64,000 bases of DNA from an uncultured Gammaproteobacteria bacterium. Lineage in GTDB: Bacteria > Pseudomonadota > Gammaproteobacteria > JAURND01. The stretch is from assembly GCA_963714975.1 (NCBI GenBank), contig CAVQQD010000003.1, positions 64,001 to 128,000 of the forward strand. Direction: 5' to 3'. This document shows, in pieces, positions 11,185-19,249 of the stretch; positions within the stretch are counted from its first letter, which is position 1; each line of letters opens with the position of its first letter. Both the position numbers and the translations under genes were made by a program. Under the pieces are notes generated by a model. That model was not told where the DNA came from, did no database searches, and was given only the letters and a program-made list of their open reading frames with translations.

Positions 11185-11213
11185 AATATGCCTTTTTAGG
11201 CGGGAATTGTCAA
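11185..11213 (-). promoter_or_regulatory. Sigma70-like promoter inside the cassette
   Basis: TTGACA-17 nt-CATATT on the minus strand, upstream of ATG 11147. Confidence 0.55.
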
Positions 11214-11232
11214 TGCATTGTCCCTCAGAAAT

Positions 11233-11271
11233 CCGCCGTTCGTTGACTGTGTAGTTGCTAGCTTCAATCCT
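11233..11271 (+). repeat. 39-bp direct repeat, right of the nuclease cassette
   Basis: ccgccgttcgttgactgtgtagttgctagcttcaatcct; overlaps the stop codon of the giant gene. Confidence 0.9.
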
Positions 11272-14200
11272 AATTACAAGCTGGTGCGACCCCGCCAGTT
11301 GTATACTGGGGCGGTGGAGAGGAATGTTGTTGTTTAATTTTATAAGCAGCTGCTGCAATAGCAATTACCGAAAGTCCGATCACTACGCTTGCATAATTGG
11401 GGATATTAAGCACCGGGGTGTTGCTAGTTAAAAAACCAAAGTCATTTTGGTAATCCACTACAACACCGTAAGCGGCTAACCCTAACCCGCACACTCCGAT
11501 GAGGGCCGCAGTGTAAATGCGGCGATAGCTTACAGTGAGTTGCTGTAACAATCTAAAGAAATCATGGGCATTGAGTGGATGTTTGTAAGGGTGTTGCCTC
11601 GGGTGCAAAAATGCTTTCACCAAGGCTTCAGCTTCGAATGAATTTTCCAATTGCTGTTGTGCAAGTGCCGTCCAAGAGGCCGGGGAGAAGGGAGGAACGG
11701 TGATAATTTGCGAACGATTGCATAAAGCGGGTGATAGCGGAGCGCTGCCTTTTTCGGTGCTGAAATTCTGTTGAGCCAAAACCAGGAATCCTGGATTTTC
11801 GTCGTTTATTTCGGTTAAACGTTGGCCTAAATGTTTTTCATCTTTAGGCTCCAAAAAATTGAATTTTTCAATAATCAATACATAGCCATGCTGATGGGCA
11901 TAGTCGACTACTGCTCTGAAATTTGGTGCGCCTGCAGTCACAGTTAAATAGGGGGTGTTATGTTGCTTGAGCATGGATTCAATCAGGCGCAACTTGCCAC
12001 ATCCTGCCGCCCCTTGCAGAAGTACGCAGCGCTTAAAGGCTAGATTCGCGTTGCTGCCTTTATGCTCTGTCAAAACATGATTTCTAATTAATAATGCCTG
12101 GGTTATGGCCTGCTTTGCATCCTGTAATTCTGCTGGAAATAACCGACCGTCAAGCTGAAAAGGTTCGGCAGTTTTTTCTAACCAGCGAGAGTCATTCAAA
12201 TTAAGGGCACGGATTAAATCTCGGCGGAAATTGCTTTGCTTCGCGGGTTCTTCTATCCGCAGCGCAAATTCACCACAGAGCGCTTCAAATAGTAAATCTA
12301 CTTTTGGACGATGTTCTGCTCCCTTTGCTAAAACTTTATAAAGCTGCATTAGATCTTGCAAATCACGCATCGAATAGGAGATTAGCGGTTCGTATTTTTT
12401 ATACAGATCCGCTCCGATTAAGGCCAGTTCGGCAATTTCCTGAGTCATCGTGCCGGTTAAATAATTTCGTAAATACTCCTTGTCAGGCATTTTAAACTGT
12501 ACAGTTTCACCATAGAATCGCAATAACTCGTGATAATGCCGGCCGCTATACCATTCTGGGTTTACTGCGGCGACAATTTTGCAATTCTCAAATTTCGCAG
12601 ATGGATAAAATTTGCCGCGGAAGAAAATAGGACGGTTCTTTTTAATGGCTTTTAATAAATGCAGTAGCTCGGGATCGTGGATATTGACTTCATCCAACAG
12701 CAACAATTTTATTTTATCTGCTGGATCTTTCAGCCACTTGCCGATTTGGTCCAGCCCAGCATAGCAACGGTATTTCAAGGAAGTTTTGTCCTCGGGCAGA
12801 GCCACCTGGTCATCAACCAGAGGCACCTCGTCTTGCTTAGCAGTATCGGTTGTTTTTTTTGCTTGTTGCAATTCATTGAGGACATGAGTTTTACCCACCC
12901 CAGGCTCACCCTTTAGCACAATGAACTTAGTAAACTGGTCCTCGTCAATAAGATAATCTAAGCGTTCTTTCATTTTGCTATATTGATCAAGATCTGTCTT
13001 GACAATACTTGCAGATTTTCGTTCAGGTGCAGAGCTTGCCTCAGCTTCCCGTTCTTTTAACTTCTCGAACATTTTGCTCCAGGTTTCACTGGTCCAGGAG
13101 TCGAATAACGAGGTAGAAGATTGGTCTAGCCATTCTTCGCCCAGGAGAGCACGCAGTGTTTTGCCATCGCAGGTATTTAATAAGCGCCAGGCGTGATTTT
13201 GATCTTTAGGAATTTCTTTAAATTTTTCCAGGCGAATGTTGGGACCTTGTTCGGAATAGTCAAATAAGAATTTGCACATTACATTGAGAAACGCGTAATA
13301 TTCACTGTCTGTAGTGTAATCATCCAGCATCAATCCTTTAATAGGATTATGGGAATGCAGGTGACGTTTGCGACGCAGCAGCACCTGCTGCATCGAATAT
13401 AAACGCTCCCAATTCATGCCAAAATCTTTAGGCATTGCCTGGCCCCGATGGGGATATTGCGCTGCTTTGAAAAACAATAATAACTTTTTGACTACTGCTT
13501 CCTTACTTTTAAATTCTTCTTTATTTTCCTTTAATAAATCCTGTTCATAATCTTTATCGGTAAAATCGCAAGAAGTAGTCTGAAAAATAGCAGGAGGGGC
13601 CGACTTGGGCTGCACACTAATCAGGCGGCCTTCCTTAATTGCAATGCGCTCATTATTAAATTCTAAATAAGGCTTTTCTAAAAAAAGAGCAGCGAACTCT
13701 TGTTGTAATCGCGGTGACAAGGTCCCATTGAGGATGACGGTTTTATCTGCTTCCAAGGCTTTAAATACGGCTCGTTTCTTAATTGTAAAAAGCACTTCGT
13801 CTTGGTTAGAAGCTTTTCGTTCTTCTTTTGCTGCGGATTTACCGGGAGTTATGCTGACTAGTAATTCAGAGACGGTAAGATCGGAGGTCAAGTCAATAAT
13901 AAACGCATCCCCTTTTTTTTCTGGATCATAAAGTTTCAATAATTTTTCCGCTAAATAATCCGGATCATTGCTGGTGAAACAACGAGAGGAGGGGACAGCT
14001 TGTAACTCTGCCGGATCGATTTTTTGCACTTTCGTTTCAGTGGGAGCAAGTTGAAATTGAAAATGGCTGTCGGGAAATTTTTCTTTAATATACACGGATA
14101 ATTGCCGCCAGTCTTCTTTGGGAATTTCCTGGGTAATGTAAAAGATTACCTCTTGAGGCTTATTCGCATATTGCGCCAGTTTCCCCAGTCTGCTGGAAAT

Positions 14201-17200
14201 TGTGTTATCCGTTTCATTGTAATGAATCTCTTCGTATAGGGTGTCCCAATTGTTGAGATGCAGGCAAATTTTAGTAGCTGGTGTTAGATTCTTTTTTTCT
14301 TCCGTGATCAAGGACCAGGGCGGAGATTCGGCAGAAGAGGGTGGGGTTTTCTCAGCAGAAATGCGAACGGTGGTTTCTTTGGGCACATCTTTCCACTGAC
14401 CGTTAAAATAAAAACGTCCTTCGGTGTTAATTTGTTGGAGTAATTGCTGCAGCTGCGGATCTTCTGGCGGATTGTGAATAATTAAAGGACATTTATTTTT
14501 AATCGCTTGCAATAGTGAACCAGGCATTAATTTAATCTCACCTGGATTGAATTCAAAGCTCGCTAATAATTTTTCTTCCCAGTTGACTAAGGGGGATAAG
14601 TAGCAGTGAATAGCCTTTAGTTCGTCGTCCGGGCGTAAGTCCCCCTCTCCCCAACCCTCTCCCACCTTCCCTCGCTGACGCTCGGGCGGGGGAGAGGGAG
14701 TCCAAGTGCTCTCTCCCACCTTCCTTCGTTGACGCTCGGATGGAGGAGAGGGCACTTGGGCTGCCCCCCTCTCCCCCGCCCGAGCGCCAGCGAGGGAAGG
14801 TGGGAGAGGGTTGGGGAGAGGGGGGCTTGGCAAAGTACACACCGTACAATCATTAACAAATGGACAGAGATTATCCTCATGAAGATAGCCCAGGATTTGA
14901 ACCTTATTCCCAACGGCATGTCGATTCCAGCGTTTTTCCCGCCATAACGATTGAAAATAAATTAGCTCTTTAGGGCTAAAAGCGGACCAATTAATTAATA
15001 ATTTTCCGCCGTTTTCGAAAATGTACTGCAAAGGCCCCGGTACTCGTACGCGTTTACCTGTTTCTTCTTGCACGGTCCAACTGTCCCAATAACGAGCAAA
15101 ATCACTAGGATGATCAATACAGAGGAAATTTGGCGGCAGGACTTGCTTGCGGTTGCCACGGCCAATAATGGCTGCTTTTGCTTGTTCGGAAGTCATGCCT
15201 TTCGGCACCCGAATTAAAACTGGTTTGTTAGCGCTACACAATTTCCAAGCAAATTCGCGATGTTGATTTAGATACCGATGAATTTTATTTTCATAATCAT
15301 TAGCTCTTTCCTCCAAGCGATTATCAATTGGAGAGTTATTCAGTTCAGCTTGTAATTGCTTAAGATTATGATTGCGTTTAGCAGTGGCCTTATCTTCCAT
15401 GGCTCCGCCACCAAAATCGACACGACGCAATGAGCCCTTTTTATCACGCACATCGCAATAATCATGGGTTTCATTGTGAATTAGGCATACCTCATCTTCT
15501 AATCCGAGGATACAGTGGGCTATCAACATAAAAGCTTCAGCCCGACCAGCACAAACCCCGACCTGTTGGGTAATCCGCGCCAATAATAGGTCCAAAGAAC
15601 TCGTATAAGTTCCTTTCAAAGGTTTTTCAGATTCAGGCTTAAAATTACTGCAATATGTCGTGAGTTGCGTAATTTTTTTGGTAATGCTGAGATTTTCATC
15701 AAATAAAAACGCTAATGGAGGATGAGCTTTTAATTTCGTTTCTACTTTCGTAATTAAGTCAGTCGATGTTCTTCTTTTTTGTAACTTTAATTCCGCAATT
15801 TCAGGCAATGCAGCGGATTGATAGTTTGGATCGGGCAGAAAATCATAATAAAGTTTAACGGCTGCTGCATTGCGAGGTTTGTCTAAAATACGGATAAAAT
15901 ACTGCTGAGTGCTAGGATTTTGGTAAAAACCAAGTTTGACTTTAGAATTGGTATCGTCTTTGTAAATGCGCAGCGAATCTTTAATTGCGGGCGCAGTGAG
16001 TGGCAAAGGAAACTCTTGTCCAGCCTGCAATTCTCCCGTAATAATAAGAACCCCACTATCAATTTTCGGGTCGATTCCTTTTCGGCGTTGCGTATAGGTT
16101 TGGTTAATCTCTTGAATTTTTTGAGGAGCATAACTTGAGCTTAGAAAGGAAACATGATCCGTTTTGGCTTCGTATTCAATATGATCATACACTTCGATCC
16201 GATAATCCCGCACTTGAATCGGAGTAAGGTCATGGTGTTTTAATAATGCGGAGCATTGTCCTTCTCCAGTTGCCACAGGTTTGTCGACAGATTGTTGCGG
16301 ACTAAGCGCTTTCTGCCGTGAAAAAAAGCTGATCCCTTGGAGGGGTGCTTGCGGATTTGATTCTGGGGAGCGAAGGGTTGATTTGGTATCTAACGGGGAC
16401 ATGCCCTGCCCCAGCTTCTCACGTTCCGATTCCGAATTTACGCATTCCAATTCTCGTAATTTTCGATTTTTCGTTAAATCCTCTCGTGAAAAAGAGCAAT
16501 TAATATCACACAGAAATAGATGCTCTATTTCAGGACAATTTTCAATTAAACTCTGCTCTATAACATCAACCTCATTTTTTGGGGAATTTCCTGTTAGGAT
16601 TAAGTATTTTAAATTAGGCAGAGTCTCAAAGTTAATCTGCCATTTTGTCGTTAAGTCGTAATTTTTGTGTACTGCTAAAATATGCAATTGTGGACAGTTT
16701 TTTATAGAAAAATTCTCGGTATCTGCTGCAGTGCAATTTTCTAAACAAGGCATGTCCTGTAAATGAACCATGTTATGATCTAGGATTTTTAAATATTTAA
16801 GTTCGGGAAAACGTTTGGCTATTTTGGGATAGTCTTCTGGAGTCAAATCGGCGTCAGTTATTATTAGCGCTTTTTCTTTACCAGGGCGTTCTGCCACACA
16901 TTTTTCAAGTTGTTCAATGGTTTCAATAGTTGTTGTCTCAGGTCTGACGATATCGGTAAATTGCTGCTCTTCTTCGCTAGGAATCGCTTTGGATTCTTGT
17001 ACCTGTTTAAAACCCTTGCCAATGATTTGAGGCGTAGCCCGTTTGTCTGGGTTTTTAATGGCTAGCTCTAATTCCCCTTGGAGTACGGAAATTCCAATTG
17101 TTTCAAAGCGGCGGGAGTCTAACTCTAGGGTCAATTTTTTAATTCCATAGGTGCTTGCGAATGATAAATCAATATTTTTTTCTGAAGGGACAAAATCAGA

Positions 17201-17959
17201 GACATTTAATTCCTTGACATTATATCCTTGCAAATAAGGAATGAGTTTCTGGATCTCTTGACTGGTTGAGCGTTGGATTTTTAATGTATGCAAATTAGGA
17301 AAATTTTTTAAAATATACAGCAAGGCTTCTTGATTAGGGGCGTATAAATTAGCGGTGGTTATTAAGCTTAGATCTGCTCCCTGAAGCTCTTTTATAGTAC
17401 GCTCCAGCCAAGACCGAGTCCCCATAATAAAAATCTCATGTTTTGGCCGCCCCCAGCGTGCCTCCCAAGCTTGTTTGTCTAAAACTATCCAGTCATCGAG
17501 AGCAATTTGTTGCTTAGTATTGATCAAGCTGGCTTTTATGCGGGCCGCATAATCAATTTTAATGGCCTCTCTTTGTTTAAAAAAATCTGCAAGGCTTTGT
17601 AAGGGGATGGCTTTAGCCAGGGTTTCTTCAGGCCCTTTCCATAAATATACTTCGTAATATTGAATAAGTTCGGAGAGAACTGCCAGCTCTCCCACACGCA
17701 ATTCATAATCAAAAGGATACGAGATGAGTATTTTCTTTTTACCGGTATTGGCTTGGGGATGGTTATTGATAAAACAATCGGCATTGTCTCTAAGCAGGGC
17801 ATTATGTTTATTGAGTTTATTCGGGCCTTTGTTGCTTGGCGTAGAGGATGGTGCTGATTCATGAACAGCTGCTCCTAATAGCCATTGAGTCACTGTCTCT
17901 TCAGAATATAGAGGATCATTTTGCGCATCTCTTCTTGGAACTGTAGCTTCATGGGTCAT
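11270..17959 (-). CDS. 2229-aa LRR / transglutaminase-like / tandem AAA+ protein with C-terminal TM pair, copy B; putative Dot/Icm effector
   Basis: LRRs (FPNLHTLKI, FPELKYLKI, LPNLKYLIL); GVCAGRA...NETHDY...RVDFGG; GEPGVGKT/LLLLDE/AAVNP; GAAGCGK...LSPALCNR; two hydrophobic C-terminal helices. Confidence 0.85.
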   Translation of the reverse strand: MTHEATVPRRDAQNDPLYSEETVTQWLLGAAVHESAPSSTPSNKGPNKLNKHNALLRDNADCFINNHPQANTGKKKILISYPFDYELRVGELAVLSELIQYYEVYLWKGPEETLAKAIPLQSLADFFKQREAIKIDYAARIKASLINTKQQIALDDWIVLDKQAWEARWGRPKHEIFIMGTRSWLERTIKELQGADLSLITTANLYAPNQEALLYILKNFPNLHTLKIQRSTSQEIQKLIPYLQGYNVKELNVSDFVPSEKNIDLSFASTYGIKKLTLELDSRRFETIGISVLQGELELAIKNPDKRATPQIIGKGFKQVQESKAIPSEEEQQFTDIVRPETTTIETIEQLEKCVAERPGKEKALIITDADLTPEDYPKIAKRFPELKYLKILDHNMVHLQDMPCLENCTAADTENFSIKNCPQLHILAVHKNYDLTTKWQINFETLPNLKYLILTGNSPKNEVDVIEQSLIENCPEIEHLFLCDINCSFSREDLTKNRKLRELECVNSESEREKLGQGMSPLDTKSTLRSPESNPQAPLQGISFFSRQKALSPQQSVDKPVATGEGQCSALLKHHDLTPIQVRDYRIEVYDHIEYEAKTDHVSFLSSSYAPQKIQEINQTYTQRRKGIDPKIDSGVLIITGELQAGQEFPLPLTAPAIKDSLRIYKDDTNSKVKLGFYQNPSTQQYFIRILDKPRNAAAVKLYYDFLPDPNYQSAALPEIAELKLQKRRTSTDLITKVETKLKAHPPLAFLFDENLSITKKITQLTTYCSNFKPESEKPLKGTYTSSLDLLLARITQQVGVCAGRAEAFMLIAHCILGLEDEVCLIHNETHDYCDVRDKKGSLRRVDFGGGAMEDKATAKRNHNLKQLQAELNNSPIDNRLEERANDYENKIHRYLNQHREFAWKLCSANKPVLIRVPKGMTSEQAKAAIIGRGNRKQVLPPNFLCIDHPSDFARYWDSWTVQEETGKRVRVPGPLQYIFENGGKLLINWSAFSPKELIYFQSLWREKRWNRHAVGNKVQILGYLHEDNLCPFVNDCTVCTLPSPPLPNPLPPSLAGARAGERGAAQVPSPPSERQRRKVGESTWTPSPPPERQRGKVGEGWGEGDLRPDDELKAIHCYLSPLVNWEEKLLASFEFNPGEIKLMPGSLLQAIKNKCPLIIHNPPEDPQLQQLLQQINTEGRFYFNGQWKDVPKETTVRISAEKTPPSSAESPPWSLITEEKKNLTPATKICLHLNNWDTLYEEIHYNETDNTISSRLGKLAQYANKPQEVIFYITQEIPKEDWRQLSVYIKEKFPDSHFQFQLAPTETKVQKIDPAELQAVPSSRCFTSNDPDYLAEKLLKLYDPEKKGDAFIIDLTSDLTVSELLVSITPGKSAAKEERKASNQDEVLFTIKKRAVFKALEADKTVILNGTLSPRLQQEFAALFLEKPYLEFNNERIAIKEGRLISVQPKSAPPAIFQTTSCDFTDKDYEQDLLKENKEEFKSKEAVVKKLLLFFKAAQYPHRGQAMPKDFGMNWERLYSMQQVLLRRKRHLHSHNPIKGLMLDDYTTDSEYYAFLNVMCKFLFDYSEQGPNIRLEKFKEIPKDQNHAWRLLNTCDGKTLRALLGEEWLDQSSTSLFDSWTSETWSKMFEKLKEREAEASSAPERKSASIVKTDLDQYSKMKERLDYLIDEDQFTKFIVLKGEPGVGKTHVLNELQQAKKTTDTAKQDEVPLVDDQVALPEDKTSLKYRCYAGLDQIGKWLKDPADKIKLLLLDEVNIHDPELLHLLKAIKKNRPIFFRGKFYPSAKFENCKIVAAVNPEWYSGRHYHELLRFYGETVQFKMPDKEYLRNYLTGTMTQEIAELALIGADLYKKYEPLISYSMRDLQDLMQLYKVLAKGAEHRPKVDLLFEALCGEFALRIEEPAKQSNFRRDLIRALNLNDSRWLEKTAEPFQLDGRLFPAELQDAKQAITQALLIRNHVLTEHKGSNANLAFKRCVLLQGAAGCGKLRLIESMLKQHNTPYLTVTAGAPNFRAVVDYAHQHGYVLIIEKFNFLEPKDEKHLGQRLTEINDENPGFLVLAQQNFSTEKGSAPLSPALCNRSQIITVPPFSPASWTALAQQQLENSFEAEALVKAFLHPRQHPYKHPLNAHDFFRLLQQLTVSYRRIYTAALIGVCGLGLAAYGVVVDYQNDFGFLTSNTPVLNIPNYASVVIGLSVIAIAAAAYKIKQQHSSPPPQYTTGGVAPACN
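14641..14825. repeat. In-frame REP-like palindrome cluster, copy B
   Basis: Encodes [20 protein letters not shown]...PSPPPERQRGKVGEGWGEG. Confidence 0.85.
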
Positions 17960-17993
17960 GGAAAATAGTTAGCGTAGTGATTCAGTTATGTAT

Positions 17994-18026
17994 ATCTTAC
18001 TTTGGTAATGTTAAGTGAATATTAAA
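17994..18026 (-). promoter_or_regulatory. PmrA-like box plus -10 element upstream of giant gene B
   Basis: tTTAATATT-ca-CTTAACATT, 7 nt, TAAGAT. Confidence 0.75.
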
Positions 18027-18044
18027 GGGGTTGCTTGCTAATTT

Positions 18045-18264
18045 GTAATCATTCACCATATATGGACCCTCCATCTTTGTGCGTAAAAATCCTTCTCCCC
18101 TTGTGGGAGAAGGTGCCCGAAAGGGCGGATGAGGGGTAAACTTGGAATCAGCAAGGAGCATTTTGTTAGCTAAATGCTAACTGCTGCTTACCCCTCACCC
18201 GCGCGCCTTACGGCGCGGCGGCCTCTCCCACAAGGGGAGAGGCAAAATCGTGGTGAATGGTTAC
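18045..18264 (-). mobile_element. MITE family 1, full copy (inverted)
   Basis: Near reverse complement of 8092-8299 with both TIRs. Confidence 0.85.
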
Positions 18265-18438
18265 GATAAAATCACGGTATTGCCTTGGCAAGAGCTTGGA
18301 GATATTTTTGAATCCAATTCCTGCTATTTTTGAGTTGCATAATTTTTTAAAACCTGTTGAGTAAATAAGGGGAGCACTTAAAGCCCATATTGACAAAGTT
18401 ATGTGTGGGGGGATTGTCAATGGCTTGGGCAGAGGGAT

Positions 18439-19185
18439 TTACGCGGCGCCTCGCTGCCGTACTGCTTCAAATACGCATATGCCTGTGGCTACTGAGACAT
18501 TTAAGCTACTGACTGTACCCTGCATCGGAATACGCAGTAATTGGTCGCAATGCTCGCGCGTTAACCGGCGTAGCCCTTCCCCTTCAGCCCCCAATACCAG
18601 GGCAATATTGCCTTGTAATTTCTCTTGGTACAGGGATTTCTCCGCGTCGTCGCTCAGGCCATAAACCCAAATGCCACGAGCTTGTAAGTTGCGCAACACC
18701 CGCGATAGGTTGGTCACCAGAAAAATGGCGGTCATTTCTATAGCGCCACTGGCTACCTTGTGGACAGTAGGGGTTAGGCTGGCGGATTTATCCTTGGGGA
18801 TAATGACACCATGTACCCCAGCGGCATTGGCGGTACGCAAGCAAGCACCTAAATTATGGGGATCTTGCAAGCCATCTAGGACCAATAAAAAAATCGGGGT
18901 GGTAATATTCTCCAAAAAAGGCTCTAGTTCTGCTTCAGTACCAGGAGCATATGGCACCACTTGGGCAACGATCCCTTGATGTACCGCCTGAGCAGTCCAA
19001 TGATCCAGGCTGCGATGAGAAGCTATTTGCACGGAAATATCGTGTTTTTCTGCCAAATCAATCAGCACTTGGGTACGAGGATCCCGACGTCCTTCTTGCA
19101 CAAACAACTGCCGTACCCGCTGGGGATTATTTTCTAGTACAGCGGTGATGGTATGAATACCGTATAAAAAACTAGATTTTGTCAT
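18439..19185 (-). CDS. rlmB: 23S rRNA Gm2251 methyltransferase
   Basis: YGIH, HQG, LDGLQDPHNLGACLR, GAEGEG, SSLNVSVA (SpoU family). Confidence 0.95.
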   Translation of the reverse strand: MTKSSFLYGIHTITAVLENNPQRVRQLFVQEGRRDPRTQVLIDLAEKHDISVQIASHRSLDHWTAQAVHQGIVAQVVPYAPGTEAELEPFLENITTPIFLLVLDGLQDPHNLGACLRTANAAGVHGVIIPKDKSASLTPTVHKVASGAIEMTAIFLVTNLSRVLRNLQARGIWVYGLSDDAEKSLYQEKLQGNIALVLGAEGEGLRRLTREHCDQLLRIPMQGTVSSLNVSVATGICVFEAVRQRGAA

Positions 19186-19188
19186 AAG

Positions 19189-19249
19189 TCCCCCTCTCCC
19201 TAACCCTCTCCCACCTTCCCTCGCTGGCGCTCGGGCGGAGGAGAGGGGA
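19189..19249. repeat. REP-like palindrome forming the C-terminus and stop of the DedA gene and the RBS of rlmB
   Basis: Same unit as in 14641-14700; encodes PSPPPERQRGKVGEG*. Confidence 0.8.

Noticed and set aside
11270-11285. C-terminal CaaX prenylation motif on the giant proteins (APACN / APVCN)
   Set aside because: The Cys is penultimate, not fourth from the end.
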